NCBI GenBank assembly: GCA_029224965.1
Contig: JAQXVO010000020.1
Span: forward strand, 67,972-131,971
Direction of reading: 5' to 3'
DNA: 64,000 bases
Source: Lachnospiraceae bacterium
GTDB lineage: Bacteria > Bacillota > Clostridia > Lachnospirales > Lachnospiraceae
How positions within the stretch are numbered: the stretch's first letter is position 1; every line of letters begins with the position of its first letter. Shown one piece after another: positions 41,652 to 53,164 of the stretch. Under the pieces are notes generated by a model. That model ran no database searches and had not been told where the DNA came from. It saw nothing but the letters and a program-made list of their open reading frames with translations. Position numbers and translations under genes: made by a program.

Positions 41652-42482
41652 TTATTTATCCAGAGTTTCATGCGCCTTCTTTACAACTGCTTCAATCTCT
41701 TCCTGAGAAAGGGAGACCGGGGCCGGGTTTACATTTTCCACTTCCGGCATGTCCGTCCGTTTGAGGTAGATCAGATATTCGATATTGCCTTCCGGGCCCT
41801 TGATCGGGGAATGATCCAGGCCAGACACGTGAAAGCCGTTGGCCTCGGCAAAGGAAGCAACGGTACGGATGACATCGACGTGGACCTTGGGATCGCGGAC
41901 GACGCCCTTCTTGCCGACCCGGTCCCGACCGGCCTCAAACTGGGGTTTGATCAGGCAGACCATTTCGGCATCCGGAGATAAAAGTGCGTGAACCGGAATC
42001 AGAATCTTGGTCAGGGAAATAAAGGAGACATCGCAGGAAGCGAAATCGATGGTCTCGCCGATATCCTCCGGTGTCACATAGCGGATATTGGTCTTCTCCA
42101 TGCAGACGACCCGGGGATCCTGACGAAGCTTCCAGGCGAACTGGCCATAGCCGACATCGACCGAATAGACCTTTCTGGCTCCGTTCTGGAGCATACAGTC
42201 GGTAAAGCCGCCGGTAGATGCGCCGATGTCCATGCAGACCTTCCCATTCAGATCAATGGGGAAGGACTCCATGGCCCGTTCCAGCTTAAAACCTCCTCGG
42301 CTGACATAGGGCATGACCTGACCGTGGACTTCAATATCCGCCTCGGTATCAAATTTCATGCCGGGCTTGTCCTCCCGGTTCTTATCTACAAAGACGTTTC
42401 CCTCCATGATCATGACCTTGGCCTTCTCGCGGGAAGGCGCCAGACCGCGGTTTACCAGGAGAATATCCAGTCTTTCCTTCAT
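41652..42482 (-). CDS. tlyA: TlyA-family rRNA methyltransferase
   Basis: S4 domain, YVSRGG.KL, DIGASTGGFTD, KPQFE, GNIEY. Confidence 0.94.
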   Translation of the reverse strand: MKERLDILLVNRGLAPSREKAKVMIMEGNVFVDKNREDKPGMKFDTEADIEVHGQVMPYVSRGGFKLERAMESFPIDLNGKVCMDIGASTGGFTDCMLQNGARKVYSVDVGYGQFAWKLRQDPRVVCMEKTNIRYVTPEDIGETIDFASCDVSFISLTKILIPVHALLSPDAEMVCLIKPQFEAGRDRVGKKGVVRDPKVHVDVIRTVASFAEANGFHVSGLDHSPIKGPEGNIEYLIYLKRTDMPEVENVNPAPVSLSQEEIEAVVKKAHETLDK

Positions 42483-42562
42483 CTTGTCTCCTATCGCTGT
42501 TTCACATTTCAGAGTTTTTTACGACTTTTCTGTTTCCCGTTCCAAAGCTCCTTCAGGCGTTT

Positions 42563-44440
42563 TTACTGATTCATGTCCCTAAGCTCCTTCCGGATCCGGT
42601 CCGCAATGGAAACCGGGTCCAGGCCCAGGGCCTGCTTTAATTCTTTGACACTGCCCTGAGGAATAAACTGATCAGGGATTGAAATATTTAAGAGGCGGCA
42701 GCTCTTATGGGCTTCCTCCATAAGTTCGGCCACATGCATGCCAAGTCCGCCGCTTCTGACATTTTCCTCCATGGTAACGATTAAGGAAGCCTCATTGGAA
42801 GCCTCCAGGAGAAGAGCCTTATCCAGGGGAGCTGCAAAACGGGCATTGACGATCGACACATTGATGCCATAGAAAAGAAGAAGCTCCCGGACATAGACGG
42901 CGGTCTCCACCATGCTTCCGATGGCAAAAAGAAGAACTCCACCGGGTTCTCCCTTACAGATGACCTCGGCCCTGCCGAGCTCGATCGGCGTTCTCTTCTC
43001 CTCCATGAGGACGCTGGCCGTGCCCTTGGGGTAGCGGATGGCAGCAGGCAGATCCAGAGTCAGGGCAAATTTCATCATATCGGAAAGCTCCCATTTATTC
43101 TTGGGAGCCATGACGACCAGATTGGGAATGGTCGTAAGATAGGACAAATCAAAGATTCCCTGATGGGTCTCTCCGTCCGGTCCGACCAGGCCGGCCCGGT
43201 CCACTGCAAAGATGACTGGCAGCTTCTGAAGGGCAACATCATGCAGAATCTGATCATAGGCCCTCTGCAGAAAGGTCGAATAAACGGCAAAAACCGGCCG
43301 CAGTCCTTCCGCTGCCAGAGCTGCGGAAAAGGTCACAGCATGCTCCTCCGCTATGCCCACATCAAAGAATCGGTCCGGAAAGAGGTTCCGGAAGCGCTTG
43401 AGGCCGGTGCCGTCCGCCATAGCTGCTGTAACGGCAACGACTTTCTCATTCCGGTCGCCCATCTTCCGCATGACGGTCGAGAAAATATCTGTGTAAGTGG
43501 CACCATGCCTGCAGCCCTTTGGCATTCCTGTCTCGATATCAAAGGGAGCCGTCCCGTGGAAACGGGAGGGATGCCGCTCAGCCGGACCATAGCCCTTACC
43601 CTTGGTGGTAATGACATGGACCAGAACCGGGCCCTGGACCTTCATGGCCCTGCGGAAAATCTCGGTCATAGCGTCGATATCGTGGCCGTTTACAGGACCC
43701 AGATACATGATTCCCATGTTTTCAAAGGCCATGCCCGGAATCATGATCTGCTTTAAGCCGTTCTTGGTTCTCCGGATCTTCGCAACAAGCTTGGTTCCGT
43801 AGATGGGAATCCGCTCCAGGGACTGGGTTACATTTTCCTTGAGGTCCGCATAGCCCGCACTGGTCCGGAGGGCGGCCAGATCATTGGAAAGACCGCCGAC
43901 ATTGGGGCCGATCGACATCTTGTTGTCGTTCAGGACGATGACAAAATTCTTCTTTAAAAGTGCCGCATTGTTAATGGCTTCATAGGCCATGCCGCCGGTC
44001 ATGGCGCCGTCGCCGATTACCGAAAAGACGTGATAGTTTTCCCCGGTCAGTGCCTCGGCACAGACGTAACCAATACCAGCCGAGATCGAAGTCGAGCTGT
44101 GGCCGGTATCGAAGGAATCGCAGTCGCTTTCCTCTCTTTTGGGGAAGCCCGACATGCCGCCGTACTGGCGGAGGCTGTCAAAGCCGTCCTTTCGTCCGGT
44201 CAGGATTTTATGGGTATAGGACTGGTGGCCGACATCCCAGATAATCTTGTCGTGGGGCAGGTCCAGGACCAGGTGCATGGCCATGGTCAGTTCCACCGTA
44301 CCCAGATTGCTGGCCAGATGACCGCCGGTCTTCGATATGTGTTCTATCAGAAATTCCCGGATTTCCCGGGCAAGTTCGGGCAGCTCATCCCTCCGGATGA
44401 GCTTGATATCGTTCGGCCCGTGAATTCGATCAAGTACCAT
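42563..44440 (-). CDS. dxs: 1-deoxy-D-xylulose-5-phosphate synthase
   Basis: GGHLASNLG, DVGHQ, GHSSTS, GDGAMTGG, DRAG. Confidence 0.97.
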   Translation of the reverse strand: MVLDRIHGPNDIKLIRRDELPELAREIREFLIEHISKTGGHLASNLGTVELTMAMHLVLDLPHDKIIWDVGHQSYTHKILTGRKDGFDSLRQYGGMSGFPKREESDCDSFDTGHSSTSISAGIGYVCAEALTGENYHVFSVIGDGAMTGGMAYEAINNAALLKKNFVIVLNDNKMSIGPNVGGLSNDLAALRTSAGYADLKENVTQSLERIPIYGTKLVAKIRRTKNGLKQIMIPGMAFENMGIMYLGPVNGHDIDAMTEIFRRAMKVQGPVLVHVITTKGKGYGPAERHPSRFHGTAPFDIETGMPKGCRHGATYTDIFSTVMRKMGDRNEKVVAVTAAMADGTGLKRFRNLFPDRFFDVGIAEEHAVTFSAALAAEGLRPVFAVYSTFLQRAYDQILHDVALQKLPVIFAVDRAGLVGPDGETHQGIFDLSYLTTIPNLVVMAPKNKWELSDMMKFALTLDLPAAIRYPKGTASVLMEEKRTPIELGRAEVICKGEPGGVLLFAIGSMVETAVYVRELLLFYGINVSIVNARFAAPLDKALLLEASNEASLIVTMEENVRSGGLGMHVAELMEEAHKSCRLLNISIPDQFIPQGSVKELKQALGLDPVSIADRIRKELRDMNQ

Positions 44441-44442
44441 AC

Positions 44443-45336
44443 TTACTTCTCCCTGTGTACCAGGAACTCCAGAAGTTTAGTCAGGAAACGGTTTTCATAA
44501 GGCAGGGACAGAAGGGTTGTAATACCTTCATCCGACAGACGGTTGACTTCTTCCTTTGCACGATCCAGGCCGACAAAGGACAGATAGGTCACCTTCTGAT
44601 TCCGGGCGTCCTGTCCGACCTCTTTGCCAAGTGTTTCTTCATCGCCGATGGCATCAAGGACATCATCACGGATCTGGAAGGCCAGACCGATCTTATGAGC
44701 CACCTCTTCGATCGTCTTGACATGCTGGTCGTCCGCACCGGCCAGTACAGCACCGATCATCATGGCTGCTTCGATCAGGGCGGCCGTCTTCTTTGAATAG
44801 AGGAAGTTCAGACGGTTTAAGGAGATACCGTTCTGGCGGCTTTCCTCAATATCAACGACCTGACCTCCGACCATGCCGAATGCTCCGGCCTTATCAGCAA
44901 GAATTTTCAGGGATTTAATGATCCGGTCCTTGTCCTCCGGTGCCCGGTCAAAGGCGCGGAGAGCCACTTCAAAGCCGTAATTTAAAAGAGCATCACCGGC
45001 CAGAATACCAAGACCCTCTCCATATTTGGCATGGGTCGTCGGATTGCCTCTGCGGAGCATATCGTTATCCATGGCCGGAAGATCATCATGAACCAGGGAA
45101 TAGCTGTGAATCATCTCAATGGCAGCCATGAAGGGCTCGATGGCCTCGGAATGTCCGCCGAAGAGCTTAAAGGTCTCCTGCATGAGGATGGGACGGAGTC
45201 TCTTGCCTCCGACCAGAACGCTGTAGCGCATGGCATCAAAAAGGTTGGCCTGATAGCCTTCTACCTTGGGAAGTTCCCGGACCAGAATCCGGTCCACTTC
45301 AGTCGCACGATAATCCAGTTCCTTCTGAAAATCCAT
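44443..45336 (-). CDS. ispA: geranyltranstransferase (polyprenyl synthase)
   Basis: GGKRLRP, HDDLPAMD, FQIRDD. Confidence 0.93.
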   Translation of the reverse strand: MDFQKELDYRATEVDRILVRELPKVEGYQANLFDAMRYSVLVGGKRLRPILMQETFKLFGGHSEAIEPFMAAIEMIHSYSLVHDDLPAMDNDMLRRGNPTTHAKYGEGLGILAGDALLNYGFEVALRAFDRAPEDKDRIIKSLKILADKAGAFGMVGGQVVDIEESRQNGISLNRLNFLYSKKTAALIEAAMMIGAVLAGADDQHVKTIEEVAHKIGLAFQIRDDVLDAIGDEETLGKEVGQDARNQKVTYLSFVGLDRAKEEVNRLSDEGITTLLSLPYENRFLTKLLEFLVHREK

Positions 45337-45340
45337 AGTA

Positions 45341-45652
45341 TTATTCTCCCTCCTGATCCAATGGAGATAAGCTTCCGTCTTCGTTCAGTTTCAGGACCTT
45401 CTTCTCTACCCTGTCAATCTCGGCATTGGCCAGCTTTAATTCCTGAACACCGCGCTCATAGAGACGGAAGGCCTCTTCCAGAGGCAGATCCCGGTCATCC
45501 AGTTTTTTCAGGATGGCATCCAGATCATTGAAGCGGTCTTCCAGAGTCGGCATCTCTTCGGAATTCTGTCCGGCATTCTGCTCAGAATTTCCTTCCGTAT
45601 TCTGCTCCGAATCCTGTTCGGAAAACAGTTCTGAAAATTCGTCATCCGTCAT
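45341..45652 (-). CDS. xseB: exodeoxyribonuclease VII small subunit with an acidic repeat N-extension
   Basis: TLED...LPLEEAFRLYERGV; overlaps the xseA stop. Confidence 0.88.
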   Translation of the reverse strand: MTDDEFSELFSEQDSEQNTEGNSEQNAGQNSEEMPTLEDRFNDLDAILKKLDDRDLPLEEAFRLYERGVQELKLANAEIDRVEKKVLKLNEDGSLSPLDQEGE

Positions 45653-46929
45653 AATGATTTCCTCTCTCCCATTACTTCAATTTCTTCCACCTCTGCCAGA
45701 ATCCGTCCGTCCTTCATACGGATGGCAAATTCCTGACCAACGGAAAGGTCTTTTACGGAGTTCAGGTGTTTTCCGTCCTTTGACTCCGGATAAGCGAAGC
45801 CTGCTTCCAACCGCTTTACCGGCGACCGGCCTTCCAGCCCTCTGGCCAAAAGTGCCAGACGGTTTTTCTGATCCCGAATCCGATTCTCCATGAGCTGGCC
45901 GATCCTGTCATAAAGGAGCAGCTTCTGTCTCCTGTTCTGAATCAGCTGTTTCATACGGTCCGACATCCGCTCTTCCAGATCCATAAGATGCTGGCGGCGT
46001 TCGTTCAGCATGCGGTCCGGGCTTCTGTGGCGGAGCATGTCACGGAAGGCCTCCAGGCGGTCCCTCTGTGAATCCAGGGTTCCCGTCATATAGAAGTTCA
46101 GACGGGACCGGTCCTGATTGAAACGGTCATCAATAGCCGCAATCTCTGTCACCGCGAGTTCTGCTGCCGCGGAAGGGGTCGGTGCCCGAAGATCCGCAAC
46201 AAAGTCTGCAATAGTAAAGTCCACTTCATGGCCGACGGCAGAAATGACGGGCGTCTTCGCGTTGAAGATCGCATAGGCGACTTCCTTCTCATTGAAGGCC
46301 CAGAGATCCTCCAGGGAACCTCCGCCCCGGCCGACAATCAGAAGATCCAGACCCATGGAATCCAGACGTTTGATGCCGCGGACAATGGATGCCGCAGCCC
46401 CCTCTCCCTGAACCTGAGCCGGACAGAGAATGATCTGGACATAGGGATTCCGTCGTTTGGTGATCTGAATAATATCCCGGATAGCAGCTCCGGTCGATGC
46501 GGTGACCACACCAATGGTACGGGCATAAAAGGGAATCGGCTGCTTGAAGCTGGCATCGAACATGCCCATTTCAGACAGTTCCGCCTTCAGCTGTTCAAAA
46601 CAGAGATAGAGATCCCCCTGGCCTGCCCTTTCGATCCTTTTGGCATAGATCTGATACTGACCCGACCGGGTATAGACTCCGATCCGACCGGTCACAATGA
46701 CCCTGTCCCCGTCTTTCATGGGGAAAGTCAGACCGGTCCTCTTGTCACTGGAAAACATGACACCGGAGATTGCCGATCGGCTGTCCTTCAGGGTGAAATA
46801 GACATGTCCGGAAGAATGATACTTGAGGTTCGATACCTCCCCTTCCACCGAAAGACGCTGGAGGTGGACATTATCCTGGAGAAGATCCTGTATATATTCA
46901 TTTACCTGACTGACTGTTACTGCCTTCAT
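45649..46929 (-). CDS. xseA: exodeoxyribonuclease VII large subunit
   Basis: SGHVYFTLKD, GRGGGSLEDLWAFN, GHEVD, TPSAAAE. Confidence 0.96.
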   Translation of the reverse strand: MKAVTVSQVNEYIQDLLQDNVHLQRLSVEGEVSNLKYHSSGHVYFTLKDSRSAISGVMFSSDKRTGLTFPMKDGDRVIVTGRIGVYTRSGQYQIYAKRIERAGQGDLYLCFEQLKAELSEMGMFDASFKQPIPFYARTIGVVTASTGAAIRDIIQITKRRNPYVQIILCPAQVQGEGAAASIVRGIKRLDSMGLDLLIVGRGGGSLEDLWAFNEKEVAYAIFNAKTPVISAVGHEVDFTIADFVADLRAPTPSAAAELAVTEIAAIDDRFNQDRSRLNFYMTGTLDSQRDRLEAFRDMLRHRSPDRMLNERRQHLMDLEERMSDRMKQLIQNRRQKLLLYDRIGQLMENRIRDQKNRLALLARGLEGRSPVKRLEAGFAYPESKDGKHLNSVKDLSVGQEFAIRMKDGRILAEVEEIEVMGERKSL

Positions 46930-46949
46930 TCAGACTCCCGGAACCTTCC

Positions 46950-47351
46950 TCAGGCGATGGCACGCGCAAGCACACCGTTAACAAAAGCAGGGGAATTCTC
47001 CTCCCCGTACTTCTTGGCAAGCTCAACCGCCTCGTTGATGGCAACGCCGGCCGGAAGCTTCTCATATTTTGCTTCATAGACTGCCAGACGGATCAGGGTC
47101 AGATCCACCTTGGCCATTCGTCTGGTTGTCCAGCCCTCTGCACAATCATTAATGGCCTGATCAATCTCAGGAATATGAGCGATCAGGTCCTTGCATTTGT
47201 CCTCGATATAGGCTGCATCCGCACCATCCTGAATGGGCGGCTCAATCTCCTGAAGAAAGAGGCTGATCTGCCCGGGCAGATCTTCTCCTGCATAGAAGTC
47301 TATCTGAAAAATAATCTTAAAAATCTCCTCGCGGATCTGTCTTCTTGTCAT
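46950..47351 (-). CDS. nusB: transcription antitermination factor NusB
   Basis: [25 protein letters not shown]. Confidence 0.95.
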   Translation of the reverse strand: MTRRQIREEIFKIIFQIDFYAGEDLPGQISLFLQEIEPPIQDGADAAYIEDKCKDLIAHIPEIDQAINDCAEGWTTRRMAKVDLTLIRLAVYEAKYEKLPAGVAINEAVELAKKYGEENSPAFVNGVLARAIA

Positions 47352-47448
47352 TATGGGTTTTCCCTCTCTGTCCGGTTATCTGCTTCTGCCGGCAATACTT
47401 ACCGGCGCTTTCTCCGGAAATATATACCGCTCTTACCGGTTTCCTTTC

Positions 47449-47811
47449 TTACTGGTTTTTCTGCATGCTGACGGTCGATACCTTGACATCCACAGCCTTA
47501 ACCTTGAGATCCGTCATGTCTTCAACGGTTGTCTTAACCTTTTCCTGAACAAGCTTTGATACCTTCAGAATGCTGTGGTCATAGTCGGTCACAATAATCA
47601 TCTGAATGGTCAGGCATCCCTCCTCGTCGGCGATGACACGGACTGACTTGGAAACCTTGCCGGCTCCGGACTTTACAATATTGCTTCTGGTCAGACCGCC
47701 GTTCAGATAGGCAACACCTTCTACATCGGTTGCTGCAAGAGCTGCGATATCTGCAATAACCTCTTCCGTAACGGTAACGCCTTCACGGATTGTATAAATC
47801 TTATCAGCCAT
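47449..47811 (-). CDS. Asp23/Gls24 family envelope stress protein
   Basis: VIADIAALAATDVEGV, VQEKVK..VEDMT; conserved position before nusB. Confidence 0.88.
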   Translation of the reverse strand: MADKIYTIREGVTVTEEVIADIAALAATDVEGVAYLNGGLTRSNIVKSGAGKVSKSVRVIADEEGCLTIQMIIVTDYDHSILKVSKLVQEKVKTTVEDMTDLKVKAVDVKVSTVSMQKNQ

Positions 47812-47899
47812 CTTCTTTCCTCCGTCTGATGATGAACCTTTGAACAGGTAATATACAAACTTTATTATAGCATAGGCGTTCCGGCCCTGGGCATAATTT

Positions 47900-48958
47900 T
47901 CACACCCGGGCTTTTTCAAAGATCTTCCGGGTTGCCTTGTAGATCTGATTGCCCTTTTCCTGATCCTTGAAGGACTTTACCAGGGCGCTGTTGTAGTCAC
48001 TCTTGTCGCGGGCATTGCGGAAGATCTTATAGATCTTGGTATAACTGCTGGGCGGGAGCTTAAAGGGTTTTACCGCCGAGCGGATTTCGGTCTTCTGCTG
48101 GTTGGTAAGAGAAAGCGTCTGAAAATCCTTCTTTGGATGTTCTTCTGCTTTGGCAGGTGCCTGGTCCTTCTTCATGCGTTCGTCTTCTTTGACAGATGCC
48201 TGGTTTTTCTTCCGTTCGTCCAGCCTTGCCTTTACTGCACGGCTGATAATTTCCTGCTTTTCCTTCTCTTTTGACTGGGAAGAATCTGCAGGAGCCAGCT
48301 GATTTCCGGAAGGTCCGACCGTCTGATCGGCCTCATTCCCTGCTTTCCGACTGTCCTTCTGTGTAGCTTTCTGATCTGTTTTCGAATCCATATTCTCAGC
48401 CGTATTAGGATTTGCCTTCAGATTTGTACTTCCGGCTGTTTTGGAATCCATCTTTGCGTCTGACCTGGCTTTCACGTCAGCATTGGTATTGCCGCCGGTC
48501 TTTGTATTGGCCTTCGTATTTGTATTTGCCTTGGCTTTGGTTTTCTTCACGGCTTTCTTCTTCGGCGCCGGCTTTTTAACTTCGGAGACTTCCGCGATCT
48601 GCTCCCGGCGGACAAAGTGTACCTTCCGTCCGGCGAAGTCCTGCTGGTTCCAGAAATCCACAACGGCGTTATAGCCGGTATCCTTGGATACAACAACAAA
48701 TTCCGTCTGACTGGTCTGGGCGACCAGGTAGCCGGACAGAGCCGAAAGCTGGAAATCCAGATAGTTTTTGGCGGTCTTTGCAACGTGAATATAGCGGAGA
48801 TTGGCTCCGGAATTCACGACCTTGATATGAAGTTCCATGGGAATCGTCGATGCATTTTCGCTGTAGAAAAGGATGACTTCATCCTCTTTTGTCAGCTTCT
48901 CTATGCCTTCCCATCCGGCATAGTGCACGTTTTCATAATCGATTAAATATACACTCAT
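47900..48958 (-). CDS. PIN/NYN-like domain protein with a Lys/Ala-rich linker
   Basis: YLIDYENV, KNYLDFQL, VSKDTGY; ATGA overlap with the Nudix gene. Confidence 0.8.
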   Translation of the reverse strand: MSVYLIDYENVHYAGWEGIEKLTKEDEVILFYSENASTIPMELHIKVVNSGANLRYIHVAKTAKNYLDFQLSALSGYLVAQTSQTEFVVVSKDTGYNAVVDFWNQQDFAGRKVHFVRREQIAEVSEVKKPAPKKKAVKKTKAKANTNTKANTKTGGNTNADVKARSDAKMDSKTAGSTNLKANPNTAENMDSKTDQKATQKDSRKAGNEADQTVGPSGNQLAPADSSQSKEKEKQEIISRAVKARLDERKKNQASVKEDERMKKDQAPAKAEEHPKKDFQTLSLTNQQKTEIRSAVKPFKLPPSSYTKIYKIFRNARDKSDYNSALVKSFKDQEKGNQIYKATRKIFEKARV

Positions 48959-49533
48959 GATTTTATTCCGTTTCTTTGATTCAGAAGAACCTGATAGGCT
49001 AAGACAGCGGAAACTGTCTTGGAGTCCTGAATGATGCCCTTCTGAATCTGATCAATCAGATCCGGAAGATCCCATTCCTCCAATCGAATGACCTCGGCCT
49101 CATCCAGCTTCTGTTCCTTTCTGTCCTTCAGTCCCTCTGCCAGATATACATCCACAAATTCATTGCAGAAGGCTACAGTGGTTTTTAAAGATAATAGTTT
49201 CTGAATTTTTTCGCAGTGATAGCCGGTCTCTTCCTCAAGCTCCCGTTCTGCCGTTACCGCAGTATCTTCGGTAAGAGAGTCTCTGCATCCTGCCGGAATC
49301 TCCAGAGTCCAGCGGTCCAGAGCCGGACGGTATTGACGGACCATAATAAGCTTTCCGTCTTCTCTGACTGCCAGGACTGCCGCTGCACCCTTCCGGTGGG
49401 CGACAAAATCCCAGGTCTCATGCTTTCCGTCCGGAAGGAGCATCTCATCCTCATAGATATCCAGGATGGAACCCTTGTGGACCAGTTTTCTATCAATACG
49501 TTCTACATGCTTTTCCTGAAGATAATCTTCCAT
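48955..49533 (-). CDS. Nudix hydrolase (ADP-ribose pyrophosphatase NudF-like)
   Basis: RQYR, LEIPAG...AERELEEETG, DSKT. Confidence 0.9.
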   Translation of the reverse strand: MEDYLQEKHVERIDRKLVHKGSILDIYEDEMLLPDGKHETWDFVAHRKGAAAVLAVREDGKLIMVRQYRPALDRWTLEIPAGCRDSLTEDTAVTAERELEEETGYHCEKIQKLLSLKTTVAFCNEFVDVYLAEGLKDRKEQKLDEAEVIRLEEWDLPDLIDQIQKGIIQDSKTVSAVLAYQVLLNQRNGIKS

Positions 49534-49733
49534 GTCTTTATTCCTTGTCTGATCCCAGCTGATCTTTTACTGATACGAAAGAAGAGGCAGCCTGCAAAAA
49601 TGCCAGCTGCCTCTCTCTTCTTTTTTGTGTTTGCTGCTGCCTGATATGACCGACCGGATCCTTCTTTTCAAGAGGACCCTTGTCCGATTTTTTTAAATCT
49701 CTTCCTGTCGGTATTCCTTTGTAATTTTATTGA

Positions 49734-51287
49734 TTATTTTGCATAATCAGTAACTCGAGATTCACGAATCACATTGACCTTGATCTGGCCCGGATACTTC
49801 ATCTCCGCCTCGATCTTCTTGGCAACATCTCTTGCCAGAAGAACCATACCGGCATCATCGACCTGTTCCGGAATGACCATGATACGAACTTCACGGCCAG
49901 CCTGGATGGCATAGGATTTCTCAACACCCTTAAAGCTGTTGGTGATTTCCTCCAGCTGGGTCAGACGCTGGGTATATGCTTCCATTGTCTCACGGCGGGC
50001 ACCGGGACGGGCGGCACTGATGGTATCAGCTGCCTGTACAAGACATGCAATCAGGCTTTCCGGCTCTACATCGCCATGGTGGGATGCAATTGCATTGACA
50101 ATGATCGGATCTTCCTTATACTTCTTGGCGATTTCAACGCCAAGCTGTACGTGGGAGCCTTCTCTTTCCCGGTCCACAGCCTTGCCGATATCATGAAGCA
50201 GTCCTGCACGCTTTGCCATGCGGACGTCCACACCGACTTCTGCTGCCAGAAGTCCGCAGAGCTCTGCAACTTCAATCGAATGCTTTAAGCCGTTCTGTCC
50301 ATAGCTTGTCCGAAACTTCATTCTTCCGAGAAGCTTGATAAGCTCCGGATGAAGTCCGTGCACACCTGCCTCCAGGGCAGCCTCTTCACCGGCTTCCCGA
50401 ATGGTATTGTCGACTTCCTTCTTAGCCTGGTTGACCATTTCCTCGATTCTGCTCGGATGAATACGTCCATCTACAATCAGCTTTTCGAGGGCAACTCTTG
50501 CAATTTCCCGGCGGACCGGATCAAATGCAGAAAGGACAACTGCCTCCGGTGTATCATCGATAATCAGCTCAACTCCGGTCAGAGTTTCTAAGGTACGGAT
50601 ATTCCGGCCTTCCCGTCCGATGATTCTTCCTTTCATATCATCATTGGGAAGCTGTACAACCGAAATGGTTGCCTCAGCTACATGGTCTGCCGAACACTTC
50701 TGAATGGCAGTTACAAGAATATCCTTTGCCTTCTTGTTGGCATCTTCCTTTGCCGCTGCCAGGGTTTCCTTCACAAGCTTGGCTGCATCCAGATGAACAT
50801 CCGCTTCCAGTGATTCAAGGAGTGTCTTCTTTGCCTGGTCTCTGGTCAGACCCGAAATTCTCTCGAGCTCCTGTATTCTCTGCTGATGAAGCTTATCCAG
50901 ATCAGACTGCTTCTTTCGGAGTTCTTCATCTCTCTTCACGAGCGCCTGTTCCTTCTGCTCACAGCTTTCCAGCTTCCGGTCAAGGTTTTCTTCCTTCTGC
51001 TGTACTCTTCTTTCGTTCTTGGATACCTCTGAACGTCTCTCGGAAATCTCTCTTTCCAGGTCATTCCGTGCCTTCAGATTCTCCTCTTTTGCTTCCAGTA
51101 ATGCTTCGCGCTTCTTTGCATTTCCTTCTTCTATCGCATCATCTACGATCTTCCTGGCCTTCTTCTCAGCACTGTCCATCTTTTCTGCATCATCTTTTGC
51201 ATGCTGCATATCCGATATTCTTTTGCCAATGAAGAATGCCACTGCAAAACATGCGATAGCAACAACAATCGTAATTACTACCTCCAC
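49734..51287 (-). CDS. rny: ribonuclease Y
   Basis: N-terminal TM, coiled coil, KH ([12 protein letters not shown]), HD (LLHDIGK); GTG start with AGGAGG. Confidence 0.96.
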   Translation of the reverse strand: MEVVITIVVAIACFAVAFFIGKRISDMQHAKDDAEKMDSAEKKARKIVDDAIEEGNAKKREALLEAKEENLKARNDLEREISERRSEVSKNERRVQQKEENLDRKLESCEQKEQALVKRDEELRKKQSDLDKLHQQRIQELERISGLTRDQAKKTLLESLEADVHLDAAKLVKETLAAAKEDANKKAKDILVTAIQKCSADHVAEATISVVQLPNDDMKGRIIGREGRNIRTLETLTGVELIIDDTPEAVVLSAFDPVRREIARVALEKLIVDGRIHPSRIEEMVNQAKKEVDNTIREAGEEAALEAGVHGLHPELIKLLGRMKFRTSYGQNGLKHSIEVAELCGLLAAEVGVDVRMAKRAGLLHDIGKAVDREREGSHVQLGVEIAKKYKEDPIIVNAIASHHGDVEPESLIACLVQAADTISAARPGARRETMEAYTQRLTQLEEITNSFKGVEKSYAIQAGREVRIMVIPEQVDDAGMVLLARDVAKKIEAEMKYPGQIKVNVIRESRVTDYAK

Positions 51288-51417
51288 AGGAGCACCTCCT
51301 CTATTCAATTGTCTATGTGCGGTTAACTGTATTGAAAACTTGAAAAAATATATGAAATATTATTCAACTTACAACAGTTTTATTGTACATATTCACAGAA
51401 TCAAAGTCAATGCCGGC

Positions 51418-52053
51418 TCAGTTTAAGTTATGCTCAGAAAAATCCCTGACCTGGTCGATAATATCACTCATTTCAAAGCCCCGGGAAGCGAGAAATCTGC
51501 AGGCTCTGGCCTCCTCCTTACGACGGGTCTGATCATCCGGGCTGGAAAGGTCAAAATGCTTCTTAGAAAGAAGGTTCCGGATCTGTTCCCTGGGATCTGT
51601 CTGATTCTCTTCTTCCATGGCCTGACGGATCAGGTCATCGGAGAGGCCCTTCTTCTTCAGATCCTGGCTCAGGCGCCTCCTGCTCTTACTGTCCTGGTGG
51701 TAACGGATATAGTTTCTCGCATAGCGCTCATCGTCAATATAATGGAAAGATTCCACATAGGAAAGGGCATCCTCTATGGCCTCCGGCAGATAGCCGGCTG
51801 TCTTCAGGCGGTCGAAAAGCTCCGATCTGGTCCGGTCCTGCTCTTCGAGAAGGTGCATGGCACGCTTCCTGGCCCGGGGAATCATGGCTTCCTTCAGAAT
51901 TCTCTCATAGACATCTTCACCAAGCTCTTTCCCCTCCGCAAGCTCATAACGGTAAATCTCTTTATTATAGAGAATGAAGCCGCTTCCATCCTCGAGACAG
52001 ACCCGGCTTCTCTGTTTTGAATTACGGCAGGGAAGTATTTCCCTGATCATCAT
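51418..52053 (-). CDS. recX: regulatory protein RecX
   Basis: YIDDERYA, FLASRGF; directly downstream of recA. Confidence 0.9.
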   Translation of the reverse strand: MMIREILPCRNSKQRSRVCLEDGSGFILYNKEIYRYELAEGKELGEDVYERILKEAMIPRARKRAMHLLEEQDRTRSELFDRLKTAGYLPEAIEDALSYVESFHYIDDERYARNYIRYHQDSKSRRRLSQDLKKKGLSDDLIRQAMEEENQTDPREQIRNLLSKKHFDLSSPDDQTRRKEEARACRFLASRGFEMSDIIDQVRDFSEHNLN

Positions 52054-52056
52054 AAA

Positions 52057-53124
52057 TTACTCTTTCTCTTCTGCAAGCGGATCCGTATCCGCATCTGCAT
52101 CTTCCGGAAGGACATCAGCATCCAGTCCGTAATGGGCTCTGACCTGATTCTCGATCTCCATGCAGACGGCAGGATTCTGATGCAGATATTCCTTGGCATT
52201 CTCACGGCCCTGACCGATCTTCTCGCCCTTGTAGGCATACCAGGCACCAGACTTGTTGACAATATCGAGATTGGCGGCAATGTCCAGGATATCGCCTTCC
52301 TTAGAAATACCCTTGCCGAACATGATATCAAACTCAGCCTGCTTGAAAGGCGGTGCAATCTTGTTCTTTACGACCTTGACACGGGTACGGTTTCCGATAA
52401 TTTCTCCGCCCTGCTTGATGGATTCAATCCGGCGAACATCCAGACGAACGGATGCATAGAACTTCAGAGCCCGGCCGCCGGTCGTGGTCTCGGGATTTCC
52501 GAACATGATGCCGACCTTCTCACGGAGCTGGTTAATGAAAATCACAATACAGTTGGTCTTACTGATAACACCGGTCAGCTTTCTTAAGGCCTGGGACATG
52601 AGGCGGGCCTGGAGACCGACATGGGAATCACCCATCTCACCGTCGATCTCGGCCTTGGGAACCAGGGCTGCAACGGAGTCTACAACAACGATATCCACGG
52701 CGCCGGAACGGACCATGGTTTCGCAGATCTCCAGAGCCTGCTCGCCGCTGTCTGGCTGGGAAATGTAAAGGTTATCAATATCTACGCCGATATTTTTGGC
52801 GTAAACCGGATCCAGAGCGTGTTCGGCGTCGATAAATCCTGCGATGCCGCCCCGCTTCTGAACCTCTGCCAGGCAGTGAAGAGCCAGGGTTGTCTTACCG
52901 GAGGATTCCGGTCCATAGATCTCTACCACACGTCCCTTGGGAAGTCCGCCCTGACCCAGGGCAATATCCAGACTTAAGGAACCGGTCGGAACGGTTTCCA
53001 CCTTCATATTCTGGGAATTATCCCCCAGCTTCATTACGGATCCTCTTCCGTACTGCTTCTCTATCTGAGCGATTGCCGCATCCAGCGCTTTCATGCGGTC
53101 ATTCTTATCCTTTGCTGATGCCAT
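52057..53124 (-). CDS. recA: recombinase RecA
   Basis: [23 protein letters not shown]. Confidence 0.98.
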   Translation of the reverse strand: MASAKDKNDRMKALDAAIAQIEKQYGRGSVMKLGDNSQNMKVETVPTGSLSLDIALGQGGLPKGRVVEIYGPESSGKTTLALHCLAEVQKRGGIAGFIDAEHALDPVYAKNIGVDIDNLYISQPDSGEQALEICETMVRSGAVDIVVVDSVAALVPKAEIDGEMGDSHVGLQARLMSQALRKLTGVISKTNCIVIFINQLREKVGIMFGNPETTTGGRALKFYASVRLDVRRIESIKQGGEIIGNRTRVKVVKNKIAPPFKQAEFDIMFGKGISKEGDILDIAANLDIVNKSGAWYAYKGEKIGQGRENAKEYLHQNPAVCMEIENQVRAHYGLDADVLPEDADADTDPLAEEKE

Positions 53125-53164
53125 TTCATTCTCCTTTTCATCATCTGTTCCGATTTGGGAAACC

